Of a DNA stretch of 64,000 nucleotides, positions 22,101-32,542 are shown in pieces. The notes beneath the pieces were generated by a model, which had not been told where the DNA came from, searched no databases, and was given only the letters and a program-made list of their open reading frames with translations. The position numbers were made by a program, and so were the translations under genes. This stretch comes from Scleropages formosus. Its lineage: Eukaryota. The stretch covers positions 31,864,960-31,928,959 of the forward strand of contig NC_041813.1 of NCBI RefSeq assembly GCF_900964775.1, read 5' to 3'. Position 1 is the stretch's first letter; each line of letters opens with the position of its first letter.

Positions 22101-23814
22101 CAGGGCTGGCGTCACCTAGTGGAGGGAGACACCAGGGCCCCGCTGAGTGAACAGAATAAGCGCTTCAGCAGGTGTGTGTGATCTTCTCCGACGGGTGCGA
22201 AGCCTACCCGGAGCGCCCAGTGCCAGTCCTGTTCAAGGTCGTCCACTTTGGAGCCCACGATGTAGCCCAGGCCACTGTAAAAGGCAGTGAAAGGGACAGC
22301 TGGTACCCTAGTGCTTAGTGCTACCACCGTTGGACCCAAAGGGCGCATGTTTGAATCCCAACTCCAGCTTTAGTCCCCCCAGAGCATGGTACTTGGCCTC
22401 AAAATTGCTCCAGTAAAGTCAGCCGGCAGTACAATTGGGTAAGCAACTGTATGTACATTAACACTGCGAGTCACTTCAATAAATGAAAGTGAAAGTGAAA
22501 GTTCCGTCTGCTCGACGCAAACATGGCGAGCGCCCCTCTGTGTCGGAGACTGCTTCTCACACCTGCCCACCGGGATGGCAAAGTAGAAGATGGACAGCAT
22601 TTTCGTCCTTTTCTCGTTCACGAACAGGTCGGCTATGATGGTGGGGGCGATGGTGGAGTAGCTGGCCTCACCCACTCCCACCAGGCCTCGGGTCAACAGC
22701 AGGGCCCAGAAATACTGAACAGGGACAGATGGCAGGGGGTGGGGTGCAAAGGAACATCAGAGCTGCCGAGACATCGCAGCGCATCCCCGCCAGTAAGGAA
22801 ATGTGGCCAAACACACGGGAGCTGTAGTTTAACGAGGCACTGCATTCACTTCTCGTTTGTGCGCAAACACACGGCAGAAGAGGAAGCGCAAGCGCCAAGT
22901 GCAGGGATACGACCGTGGGACGGGGCTTTCCGAGGCCGAGCCGCCGACAGCGACACGCCCACACGGATGGGGGACAGGGGGGACACAGGACGGCGGCACT
23001 CACATCTTTCGGGGTGTACGAGCTGGCAAGCGTGACCAGAGTCCAAAAGGTGATGCCCCCACACATGATGAACTTCCTGTTGTACCTGTCGCCCAGGTAG
23101 CCGAAAATCGGAGCCAGGAACATGTAACTGCAGATAAACACTGGAGAAGGAGGATAAGACGGTGGGGAAGGAATGAAAAAAGAAGCAAACCAACAGGGAG
23201 AAAAGCAACGTCCGTGGCCTTCCGTATCTGTCTTGACCTTTGCCCTTCGTTACATCCCCATCTATCGTTTGACTTTTCTCACAGATCGCTCTGAGCGTGG
23301 CTGCTGCGGACTTTGCTCAAAAGTCACATTTCAACGATTCTTTGTCCAAAACGGCGCGACGCCGGAGCCGACCCGCCGCGCAGACGTACCGGTCTGCAGC
23401 AGTCCCGACTGGCCGTCCGCGATGCCGAAAAACTGCTCGATGTCGGGGAGGACACCTAGGAGAGGGGACGGCGTGCGGAGAAGTTACGAGGAGCCACGCG
23501 TTCCTGTGACCCGTGACCTCCAGCACGGGTCGCCCAACACGTGAACGCGAAGGAGGGAGGAAGAGCAGCGCGGTACCTGCCACGGTAAACCTGTCCATGT
23601 AGTTGAGCAAGTTGATGTAGCAGAGCACGGCCACAATGAAGCCGGCTCTCCTCGGGCTCACTCCGCTGGGACACTCCCCCTCCGCCGCCCCTACCCCGTC
23701 CTCCTCCGCCGCCCTCCGCCGCCGGCCCCCCTCCGACTCCCCGGCGCCCTCGTCGTCATCGTCGTCGTCCGAGAAGAAGGGCGCCGAGTCGCAGCTGGGG
23801 TCCGCCAGTGACAT
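18941..23814 (-). CDS. spns1: Spinster homolog 1 (MFS lysophospholipid transporter). CDS span, 11 coding exons.
   Basis: The protein is collinear with human SPNS1: ...[19 protein letters not shown]|VLPDIEQFF...|...[24 protein letters not shown]...|...[25 protein letters not shown]...FYFAIPVG|[17 protein letters not shown]|[26 protein letters not shown]...|[26 protein letters not shown]...|...[21 protein letters not shown]...|[19 protein letters not shown]|[32 protein letters not shown]|VSDALRRS... All exon lengths match the reading phase. Confidence 0.93.
19340..19705 (+). mobile_element. SINE (family B, DANA-like head plus common tail), in spns1 intron
   Basis: ggcacggcggcacagcgagtagcgctgctgtctcagctcctgggtggcacgagaggacgtggcttcgatccccgctc...tgggtttcctcccacggtccaaagacatgc...gtcgctttggaggaaagcgtctgctaaatgaataaatgtaaatg. 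A reverse-orientation copy lies at 63607-63960. Confidence 0.75.
19728..19826 (-). CDS. spns1: spns1 exon 10
   Basis: [33 protein letters not shown]. Donor GTAAGT. Confidence 0.88.
20048..20113 (-). CDS. spns1: spns1 exon 9
   Basis: [22 protein letters not shown]. Donor GTGAGT. Confidence 0.88.
20326..20515 (-). CDS. spns1: spns1 exon 8
   Basis: (S)[63 protein letters not shown]. Donor GTAAGA. Confidence 0.88.
21737..21889 (-). CDS. spns1: spns1 exon 7
   Basis: (N)[50 protein letters not shown]. Donor GTGCGT. Confidence 0.85.
21973..22115 (-). CDS. spns1: spns1 exon 6
   Basis: [47 protein letters not shown]. Donor GTGGGT. Confidence 0.82.
22208..22274 (-). CDS. spns1: spns1 exon 5
   Basis: (S)[22 protein letters not shown]. 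Donor GTAGGC. Confidence 0.85.
22295..22500 (+). mobile_element. tRNA-derived SINE (family C), in spns1 intron
   Basis: ggtaccctagtgcttagtgctaccaccgttggacccaaagggcgcatgtttgaatcccaactcc...gcctcaaaattgctccagtaaagtcagc. Confidence 0.65.
22563..22714 (-). CDS. spns1: spns1 exon 4
   Basis: [50 protein letters not shown]. Confidence 0.88.
23004..23140 (-). CDS. spns1: spns1 exon 3
   Basis: [46 protein letters not shown]. Donor GTGAGT. Confidence 0.88.
23390..23455 (-). CDS. spns1: spns1 exon 2
   Basis: cctag|GTGTCC... encodes (G)[21 protein letters not shown]. Donor GTACGT. Confidence 0.85.
23577..23814 (-). CDS. spns1: spns1 coding exon 1
   Basis: ATG at 23814. Encodes [79 protein letters not shown](G). 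Donor GTACCG. Confidence 0.85.
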
Positions 23815-24049
23815 CGCCGTGGAGCTGAAATGACAACGGGGTGGGGGTTGGTGGTGGGGGTGGGGGTCAGATGCCAGGGGACTTTACACACAGTGAGTGA
23901 CAGCGGGGTCACTGCGCCACAAGGTCCCGGCCATGTGACACAAAGCAAAGAGGCTCCCAGTCACTGGAGCAGCAGCCAGGAACGAGAGGGAAGCGAAGCG
24001 GCGGCGCTGCGCACGAGGCTCCGGAGCCACCGACTCAGACTGCACTTGG

Positions 24050-25440
24050 ATTAAGCTCAGAAAAACCACGTGACCGTCGTCGAATCCATCCGTGTAAACA
24101 GCAGGGTACCGGGCCCTCCGACACGCGCTCTTTTCTTTACCTCGCTCGCACGATCCGGATCCGGATCCGGTACCGATACCGTTCCTGTCTGCGCTCAGCC
24201 GCGCAGGACTCGGAGACGTTCGCTCAGCGTCTCCCCTTCGCTCCGCTTCGCACGAGCGGCGCCGCCGCCATCTTTGACGCTCCACTTCCGCCTCGCTCAC
24301 GTGACCGCAGGCGCGTGGCGCTGATGTCAGAGTGCGCGTGCGTGTGTCCCCGCGGTGCCGTGAGCTGTCGAGCGTGTGCGTGACGCTCCGTCAGCGGCAC
24401 GTGAGCGCCGCCTTCCACTTAGACACGGATCAAAGATGCATATTATTGATCCGCGGACTGATGTGCCGCGGGGACAGATCCGCGCTTGCGCCGCTGGGGG
24501 GCGCACTGGAGCCACGATCGCCGGAGTTGAAGTACAGTGTCTGTGCGCTCGGTGCGCTGAATGAAAGGGCTGCGTCGCTCCGGCGACGTTTGTGTTCGGA
24601 GCCCCTGAGAAGCTGAAAGAGCCCGAGAAAGAGGAAGAGAAAGAGCGGGGCGGAGGCACAGGGCACCGCCAGTCTCTGACCCCCCCCTCATGGACCCTCC
24701 AGGAGGAGGCAACACGACAGCTGGGTTCGAAGCGCAATCTGGCACCTGCATCGCCCGCCCCCACCTCCCCCCCCGCCCCATCTGCACCGTACAGCGCTTT
24801 TCGGACACCGAAGAAGGGTTCGGAGCAGCCGAGGGTGCAAAGGGACCGCGGTGCCTCCGCCTCCCATCACTTTTCTCCGTTGCACACCTCTGTCTTGTGT
24901 GTGTCGCGAGACGTCGCTAGTTTCTGCATCCGCGTGTTTATTTCACGCGCCGTACTAGCGTAGGCAATCAATGGCAGTGTGCGCGGGGTGCGCACCTTTC
25001 GGATGACTTCACCTGTCCGCGGTTCCATGAAATAGGTAATAAGGTGAGTTGGGGACACTTCTTCAGCGCTCATTCGGGCACTGCGTCGTGTGCGTTCCGT
25101 TCGTCTCTCACTGATCTTACTCCGTTTGTACCCGCTTACCCCCCCCCACCTTGTGAACACGTCGGCTCCGCATGTGCACGCGCGCGGATCCTTCAGGATC
25201 TCCATTGCGGGGTTCGGGCTCTGCTCCCCCCTCTCCCCCCCCCCCCCCGCTCTTTGTCTGAGCATCAGCAGCACGCGCGCGCGGGACGAGGTCTCTCACG
25301 CGGTTCGCCCGCCGCGACTCAGTATTGATGATGAGCGCGAGCCTTCGCGAACATTATCATTGTGAGTGTGTGCGGACGTACACGCGCTCTGTTCTGTTCC
25401 AGGTCACTCTGCGGCAAACACAGACGAGGCGACTTGTGCG
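24050..25440. promoter_or_regulatory. CpG island / probable bidirectional promoter region (spns1 on minus, prrt2 on plus)
   Basis: An extremely CpG-rich 1.4-kb block separates the divergently oriented spns1 and prrt2 start codons. It contains GCCGCCGCCATCTTTGACG (minus strand AAGATGGCGGCGGC) at about 24262-24281. Confidence 0.5.
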
Positions 25441-25446
25441 GCCATC

Positions 25447-25677
25447 ATGGCTCTGAACACCAACGGCACGCAGCCCCCCGCAGAGCCTCGCGCGCTCCCC
25501 ACCACACTCGAGGGGGTCGAGCAGCCTCAGCAGGAACCGGGTCCAAACCTGCAGCAGGAGGAGGAGCCCCGCCCGTCCGTTGTCGCCTCCGAGCCAATGA
25601 GTGGGGAGCAGCAAGTCCCGCCCCCTGCACCTGGCCCCGCCCCCGCCCCGCAGAAGGAGATCTGGTCCGGCGAGCAA
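25447..25677 (+). CDS. prrt2: prrt2 putative N-terminal coding exon (3' boundary unresolved)
   Basis: The ATG at 25447 sits in Kozak context gccatcATGG. The frame encodes [77 protein letters not shown]. The only canonical strong donor (GTACTT at 25678) leaves phase 0, but the next exon needs phase 1. Alternative donors are at 25541 and 25601. Confidence 0.35.
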
Positions 25678-26548
25678 GTACTTGCGGTCAAGGAAAACAT
25701 GGAAACCAGTAATCGTCCTTTTGAATGTTTCTCCAGTACTTCCGGTGCTTGGTTGTCTCGTTGCCCTGTGATTAAAGTGTGGCTGCGAAGCGTTTTCTCT
25801 CCTTTCGGCTTTTTGTTTGCGATGTCTGTTGCATCCGGTCGGGGGACGAATTCATCCTCTTGCTCCTCTCCGCAGGTAACGGCACGTGCCTGATACCTGC
25901 CGACTCCCCAACTCTATCGTCCTGCTCGTCTCCTCCAACGCGCCAGCAAGCCAAGTCTCAAACCCTCTCCCATGCTCACCTCCCCAACGGCGGGGCCAGA
26001 GGGGGCAGCCGGTCGGGGTCACTCAGTCACGTGACCACCTCGCCGCGCCCATCCCTCTCTCGGCACCCCAGCACGGCCACGGACTCCGGGCTCCCCGGGG
26101 CCAAACCCAGGGACTACCTGTTCCTGGCCATCCTGTCCTGCTTCTGTCCCGTCTGGCCTCTCAACATCGTGGCGCTGACTTTCTCCGTCATGGTGAGCCG
26201 GGCGTGCGTATGCCTGTGTGTGCGTGTGTGCGCGTGTGTGCACGCACCCATCAGTGACCCTCTCTCGGTCGGTCTCGTTCAGTCCCGGAACAGTCTGCAG
26301 CAGGGCAACGTGGATGGCGCTCGACGCCTCGGCCGAGTGGCCAAGCTGTTGTCTGTGGTCTCGCTGCTCAGTGGCATCGTCATCATCATCGCCTGCATCA
26401 TCATCAACTGGGGAGGTGAGCGTCCCTTTGCTGTCGCCTGCGTTCTTTCTGCCGTGTTTGCCATGTGGCCTGTGTGTCGCCAGACTCCCGGATCATCGCT
26501 TTCTCGGCTAACGTTCGCCTCCTCCGTTTCAGTTATCCTGAAGTCCTG
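25447..26548 (+). CDS. prrt2: Proline-rich transmembrane protein 2 (PRRT2, dispanin/CD225 family). CDS span.
   Basis: The C-terminal half is unambiguous: ...[47 protein letters not shown]|[44 protein letters not shown]|VILKS*. Human has [77 protein letters not shown]. Confidence 0.85.
25876..26192 (+). CDS. prrt2: prrt2 exon (Pro/Ser-rich region plus TM1)
   Basis: ctctccgcag|GTAACGG...GTCATG|gtgagc. Phase 1 in. Encodes [15 protein letters not shown]...[32 protein letters not shown]. Confidence 0.8.
26283..26415 (+). CDS. prrt2: prrt2 exon (TM2)
   Basis: cgttcag|TCCCGG...TGGGGAG|gtgagc encodes [44 protein letters not shown]. Confidence 0.88.
26532..26548 (+). CDS. prrt2: prrt2 terminal micro-exon
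   Basis: tccgtttcag|TTATCCTGAAGTCCTGA encodes (G)VILKS*. Human ends ...GVYK*. Confidence 0.6.
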
Positions 26549-29224
26549 AGCGCCATGAGCACGAGGCCGACCGGTGGTCCCAGGCCGCTCCTCCGAAACT
26601 TCTCCAAAGCATTTTTCCATCAGAAACCCAACCACTGTGGATCACTGGGAGCCGCCACGTTCCACTCGTATCATCCGGTAAAAACACTTCTGTACAAAAG
26701 GTGCTCGGATTTCACACGCTCTCTGTCCGAGAAAGGTGAGAGCTTCTGAGTTGTGGCTCTTTCTCCATCCAGCAGTAAGAATCGCGTCGGTACCGATAGT
26801 CCACTGGCTCCTTTCTGCTCGCCCATTGAGACGAGGGTCTTTCACCGTACAAATCTGACTTTCCAACCATCTTCCACGCACCTCTGAGCGGAGACATGAA
26901 CCGTTCCTCTCGTGTCACTTTGCACAGACCCGATTTTCCTTTAAAGACACTCTATATGTAACCTCGAGCATGGCATGAGTAAATAATCTCAATATACTGA
27001 TATGAGGAGAAATTCGTCTTGCGGAGACCTATATAAGCTGGACGTTTCCAAGTTTTGGTCAGTTACAAACGTTGCATGAGGGGAAAAGAGAGCAAGGGGT
27101 GTGTGCACGAGGGCTGAGGACTGACTGACCTTAAATGACACATGAGGGGACAGTGTAGGGCAGCTCCAGCAGTGAAGGACAAGAAGGAGGTGACAGAGTT
27201 CATCCCGCTGGGGGAAGGACCCCACCTCCTGGAAAAGGGGACTGGTTTGTGGGAGGGGAGCGGAGGGTACACTCTCTGGCCCTCTGGATCGTGCGGGACT
27301 CCTCTCCTGAGACCGCACTCGCACAGATACGTTTCACTCCGCATCAGCACAAGCTCATCCACGAGAGCTGCGGTCAGGGAAAGGCGCGAGAGTGAAAGTG
27401 CTGCGCGGGGGGGTCCTGGACCATCTGCCGAGTAACCGCCGCTGCGTTTTTAAAGTCTTCCCACGAGCCGTCAGTGTGCGCGTGTGTATTTTGACGCCCC
27501 TCCGACACGGACGTCTTCTCCGCAAACTGCGCGAGCAGTGGCGCGCGGCAATATGTCGCTCTCTCGCCCAAGGTTGAATGTTTCTCTGAACGTCGCTGCA
27601 AGTTGTAAAAGTGCCGCGGCCTCGTTCACTAAAAATGAGCGGCGGAGAGATACTTTGGGGGCGTCCCTCTCGGTGGGGGGTCGCGGGCCCCACTCGCCCA
27701 CCCGCGGAGGAGGAGGAGGAGGAGGAGGATGAAGAGAACTGCTGCACGCGACAGCAGGCAAAGACGTGCAACCCCTGTGAATGACAGCTTGTTTTTCCTT
27801 CCCCAACAGTATAAGGATCACTTATCATATGTAACTTGCCTGCACTGTCTTGTGTCCCAGACATGATGATGAAACAAAAAAGAGTGTTTGTATACTATAT
27901 GTATATCCATGTTTAGAGCTGTTATGGGAGAATGACTCCGATCATTACCACTATATTATATACTACAGTAAACACAGTATACATTATGACACGGAGTAAG
28001 TAGGACGAATTTGTAGGAGCGGCGCTGTGCGCGTTTTTCCCGCCACGCGCGTCGCCACGTGTTGATCTGTCGGAGCGGCGCTTCCCGCGCGCGCTCCTTC
28101 ACCCGACACTGAGCCCGTGTTCTTTGCGTTTCCGACAGAATCCGAAAATGGAACTTATTCTCGCACCACACACACACACACATTATTGGTGAGACTATAT
28201 AGCTATGGCGGGAGTTAATTTCGCACCAAGCAGCTGTGCATGTCTGAGCTGAGTGCTGTAACGGAACGGAATGTGTTGTGGCCCGTTTCTCTGCACAGGA
28301 CGGTCCGGGGTCCGAATTCAATTAGCGCTCGCAATAAAAAGCCAATGAAATTGAAAGCGCGCTTGTGGTGTCCATTGTGTGCATTTTTCTCCCGCTTTAC
28401 ATACGAGGTGTGTGTGTGTGTGTGTGTGTGGGGCAATTCGTTGCTTATCCTTACCATCATCTCTCATGCGCTCGTCTCGTGTCTGTGTGTGCAAGGGGTG
28501 TTTGTGCTGCAAAAAAAAAGAAACAAAAAAAACTATTGGCACAGAGAGACGAAGGGAAAGGAAAAGATTGCTGACTTTCGCTATTTAAAAACGCAGTTAA
28601 TTTGAATCTTCAGTCTGCATTAATTATTGAGGCTCTTGGTGGCCCAGCCAAGGGGGGGAAAGAAAAAGCGCCGTTCTCTTCCCTGGACGACCCGCACATT
28701 GGCATACAGTGATGGTCACGTGCTGGATGGTTCATTGATCCATCCATTGATCCACTGAACATGTTCAACCAGTTTCACTGGGCTTCTGCTCAGTATGATG
28801 CAATTTCAGAAAGGGGGGTTGAGGTGGGACACACTCGTTCTTGGACGTCAGCAGGATGCCCACATACACATGTCCACTCACACAATTGTACCGTAGAATG
28901 AAAACAGCTCAATCCACTTGGGTTTGGGCCTGATCTCACATCCAGCTGGCAGTTCCCAAAATAAATGTCCCAGACAGCAATGGGGATGGACATTAATTGT
29001 CCCTCCTTTGTAGATATTGCAGAAAGGAAGGTGTAAAGGCCGGTAATTCAATTGAATTAATTAAGTTCTTGGTACCGTTGCCTGATCTCATTTTCTGTGG
29101 AGGATTTAATCTGAACACTTTAAATATGGCAATGAGCTTTACCTTTCATCTTAGCAGTTATTCATCAAAATTAAATCCCTTGTTTCAGGGAAGATGGCCA
29201 TACACACTGACCCAGCTTACGCAA

Positions 29225-29360
29225 GACTATGGTAAATCAGCTCGTACTGTAGTTAGAGCTACTGCCTTTGGACTCAGAGGTCGCAGGTTCAACTCCCACC
29301 TCTGACTGCAGTACTCTTGAACAATTTACTTGCCCCGAATGGCTCCAGTAAATGAAAAAA
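29225..29360 (+). mobile_element. tRNA-derived SINE (family C), 5'-complete and 3'-truncated
   Basis: tagttagagctactgcctttggactcagaggtcgcaggttcaactcccacctctgac...acaatttacttgccccgaatggctccagtaaatg. Confidence 0.65.
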
Positions 29361-30349
29361 TGTAAATCAAGGTAATTTCCTACACGCAATAATTCACTGA
29401 ACAGGAACATTTGTGGTAGGGTTGGAAAAAGTATAAACAAAAACGAAGAGGCAGACAAAGACTTCGGAGTGATACGTCCTAAGTGCTCATCGCTGGCATG
29501 GTGTTAGGCTCAGAGACTCACAGAGACGTATTGTTGGAGAAGTAGAAAAAGATCACTTCCGAAAGACAGACAGAGGCTCAATGTGTCCCCCGGGGCTCCA
29601 GTGAATGGCCTGCGTTACGAGATGGACGCTAAATCACGAACCAGCTGGCCCAGGGCGAGACAGTTAACCCTGGAGCTCTGTGCCAGAGCGGGCAGCAGTC
29701 CAACGGAAGGACTCTGTGTAAGAAAGCCTTTGGCTCCTTGCATTGAAAGACTGATTGAGAATTCCAAAATAACCCCTAAATACACAGTGAGAAAAATGGA
29801 AGGGAAAAGACTTTCTTATGAAGTACACAATTCCAGACACGTGTTTGTGTTCAAAGGAGGCTTTTACTAATATCATGGCAGGATAATTAACATAAACTAC
29901 GGGAAAATTAATATACCCAGCCAGCCTTCACCGAAATGTGCCATATATATATATATATATTACTTTTAGTGAATACTGGGCATCTGATGACAATATGCCC
30001 GCGTTATATACATTCATGTTCATTACACGCACCTCAATTCGCATAAATAGAGGATGTTAAAGTATTTTAAAGGGTTAAAGGCTACATTCCTCCATCATCA
30101 ATAACATGTTGCCAGAGCAGGTTCGCGGTGCTCCGGAGCCTATCCCACGAGCGCCTGGCCTGCACCTGGGACTTCCACCCCGGGGCTTCCACCTGGTCGA
30201 GACCGTTTCCATGACAACCTGGAGCGCTCGAGGAGCGTCATGCGGCTTTTTCTGCTCTGCGCAACTCATGATGAGGAAACTTGCCGTTTTAACAGCGAAA
30301 GTGGACTTCAACGTGTCAGAGTGAACAGAGATTTACACCGAGGCCGACA

Positions 30350-30530
30350 TTACATTACATCTACATTTTTCTCCAATTCGAGAGCTTCGCACAGCGCCGC
30401 CGCTCCCGTCACGTGACTCGCGGCAGCGGAACGTCGGCTTCCTCCGTCCGCGGACACGCAGGAAGGGGCGGAGCTCCGCGAGGCTTCATTGTTCCGTCCG
30501 TGCATGCGGGCCTCGCCGTAGCGACTCAAA
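30350..30530 (+). promoter_or_regulatory. CpG-rich promoter / 5'UTR of zinc-finger gene A
   Basis: gcgccgccgctcccgtcacgtgactcgcggcagcggaacgtcggcttcc... lies immediately upstream of the ATG. The segment just 5' of the ATG (gtagcgactcaaaATG) is duplicated upstream of gene B (gtagcgactgaaaacATG). Confidence 0.45.
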
Positions 30531-30720
30531 ATGACTAAACTGCAGCTTTTAAACCAGTATCTGACGGAGCGCCTCATGGAGGCCGTGCGCGAGATCCTGG
30601 AGGTGGTGGGAGACATGATTTCCGAGTACCAGGAGGAGACGGCGCGCGCGCAGCGCGAGAACGAGAGTCTCCGCCGGAGGCTGCGGGAGGTCGTGTTCGT
30701 GGCCGAGGCGCCGTGGACCG
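30531..30720 (+). CDS. ZNF gene A exon 1 (N-terminal domain)
   Basis: ATG at 30531. Donor ACCG|gtgagtgagtgagtgag. Confidence 0.85.
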
Positions 30721-32433
30721 GTGAGTGAGTGAGTGAGTGAGTGAGTGAGTGAGTGAATGGGCCGGCGTCCGGTGTCCGTCCGGTGTCCGCTGCGTTACTG
30801 CCTTACTTACTGTCACCTGTCCTGTTAGTGTCGCCACGCGTGTCCTTTTTTTCTTTATTGGCACCTGTTCTTTGTCACACTTCACTTCACTTGTCTTCTA
30901 TTATTGTCAGCTGTCTTAGTGTCACCTGTCTTTTTTGTTGTCCTCTTATTATTGTCACCTGTCATTTATTAGTGTAACTTGTCCTTTCTATTGTCCCTGG
31001 TCTGTCCTTACTCCAGGTGACAGCGTTGTAGCCGTGGTATTCAGTTAGACACTGTAAATCAGTTATTCATACTGGAATTAGAAAAAGTGTGTTAGTAGTG
31101 ATCACTGCGCTGCTTATTTGTAACTTTGTGAAAAGGGGAGCATCTTCATTCCTTGAATGACAGTGAAGTTCATCTTTAACACACTTAGCTTTGGACTGCG
31201 AAATACACTCAGATCAGTAGTCATGTCGTGCGATTGTACACATGGACGCGCACACACACACACACACACACGGGCTCAGGCTGGTGCTCACACTAACATG
31301 TGACACGCAGTGTGGCACAACGGCTGCATGTGTGGCCCGTGATGACTCCCTTCACATGTGAATAATTCACCTTTTGCAGTGTGTGTGAAGCGTGACTCAG
31401 CTGTGTGCCCTGTTGCCCCATAGAAACTCAAGAGCCGGCTGCCCCTCCTGTCCTCGGGGGCAGGTCTCCCGCCAGGCAGGAGGTCCCCGCGCTGGACTGG
31501 GACGCCCGACAGAAAGCGGACGTGGAGACGGCGGCCGGTGACGGGAAGCGGGAGCCCTGCAATCATCCGTGTGCGCTGGACAGGCTCCCGGCGGAGGAGG
31601 CGGCGCAAGAGGCTCCAACGCCGGGACTGAAAAAGCTGGCACTGGAAATAGCCTTGTCCGTCGTTTCGCCGTCGTCGAGCGTCAGCGCCGTTCACTTGGC
31701 CGAGGGCGTGGTCTCCGGGGCCACGCGGTCCGCCGCAGCTGCCGAGCCGGAGCCGCTGCCCGGCCTGAGGCCCGAGCTGGTCAAAAGCGAGCCGGGGGAT
31801 GTGGACCCGAAGCCCGAGCGGCTCTCGGAAGCGCACGCGAATGACGGCGTGCAGGACAACCCCGGTGGCGCTCTGTGTGACGCCGGCGCGAGTGCGGCGT
31901 GTGACACGAAGGGCGCTTTGTTCGAGAGCGTCGAGCAAACCGGTAAACCGGATGAGGCGTGCGGCGACAGCTGCTTGGTGACCTTCGTGGGCGATAAACA
32001 GCACTGCTGTTTCCAGTGTGGCAAGTTCTTCAGCCAGCGCTTCAATCTGAAGACGCACCTGCAGATTCATTCCGGGGAGAGACCGTACAGCTGCAACTGG
32101 TGCGGCAGGTCCTTCACTCAGTCGGCGGACCTGCGGCGCCACCAGCGCATCCACACGGGCGAGAAGCCGCACCGCTGCACCTGGTGCGAGAAGAGCTTCA
32201 CTCAGGTGGGAAACCTGAAGAGACACCTGCGCATCCACACGGGAGAGAGACCCTACTGCTGCAGCCTGTGCGGGAAGTCCTTCAACGACGGGGACACTCT
32301 GAAGAAGCACAAGCGAATCCACACGGGTGAGAGACCGTACTACTGTACGCACTGCTCCAAGACGTTCACGGCGGCGAGCAGTCTGCAGAACCACCTCCGA
32401 AACCACACGAGAGAGAGCAGGCAGCCGCTGTAA
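30531..32433 (+). CDS. C2H2 zinc-finger protein with fish-type N-terminal coiled-coil domain (FiNZ-like). Gene A, 2 coding exons.
   Basis: Exon 1 is 30531-30720 ([63 protein letters not shown]). Its donor lies in a (GTGA)n tract. Exon 2 is 31424-32433, with five tandem C2H2 fingers ([22 protein letters not shown] ... [23 protein letters not shown]) and a TAA stop. The phases fit (G|AA). AATAAA signals at 32528 and 32537. Confidence 0.88.
30721..30758. repeat. (GTGA)9 microsatellite starting at the exon-1 donor of ZNF gene A
   Basis: gtgagtgagtgagtgagtgagtgagtgagtgagtgaatgg. Confidence 0.9.
31424..32433 (+). CDS. ZNF gene A exon 2 (linker plus 5 C2H2 fingers)
   Basis: Acceptor ccccatag|AAACTCAAG. 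The frame stays open to the TAA at 32431. Five C-x2-C-x12-H-x3-H units are joined by TGEKP/TGERP linkers. Confidence 0.88.
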
Positions 32434-32527
32434 GGGGCTGCGTTACCGTACCGTGTTTCCGGTGCGACGAGTCGCTCGATTCGTGCGTACTTGTGTGTGT
32501 GGTATCTTCAGTGCTTGTCTTGGAATA

Positions 32528-32542
32528 ATAAAATGTAATAAA
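32528..32542 (+). terminator. AATAAA polyadenylation signals, ZNF gene A
   Basis: ggaataataaaatgtaataaacac, about 95 nt after the TAA. Confidence 0.5.

Noticed and set aside
25779-26549. 256-aa plus-strand ORF that seems to be one long prrt2 CDS
   Set aside because: It reads through two introns, and the listed M at 25779 has no Kozak context. The conserved PRRT2 peptides appear only after splicing at 26192/26283 and 26415/26532.
27355-27864. 169-aa minus-strand ORF with a poly-Ser run
   Set aside because: Low-complexity, no splice context, no similarity. It lies in a CpG-rich spacer.
31288-32406. 372-aa ORF on the minus strand
   Set aside because: It is exactly antisense to the C2H2 finger exon of ZNF gene A. 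Open antisense frames are common over GC-rich, repetitive zinc-finger arrays. It has no start context, splice support or similarity to anything.
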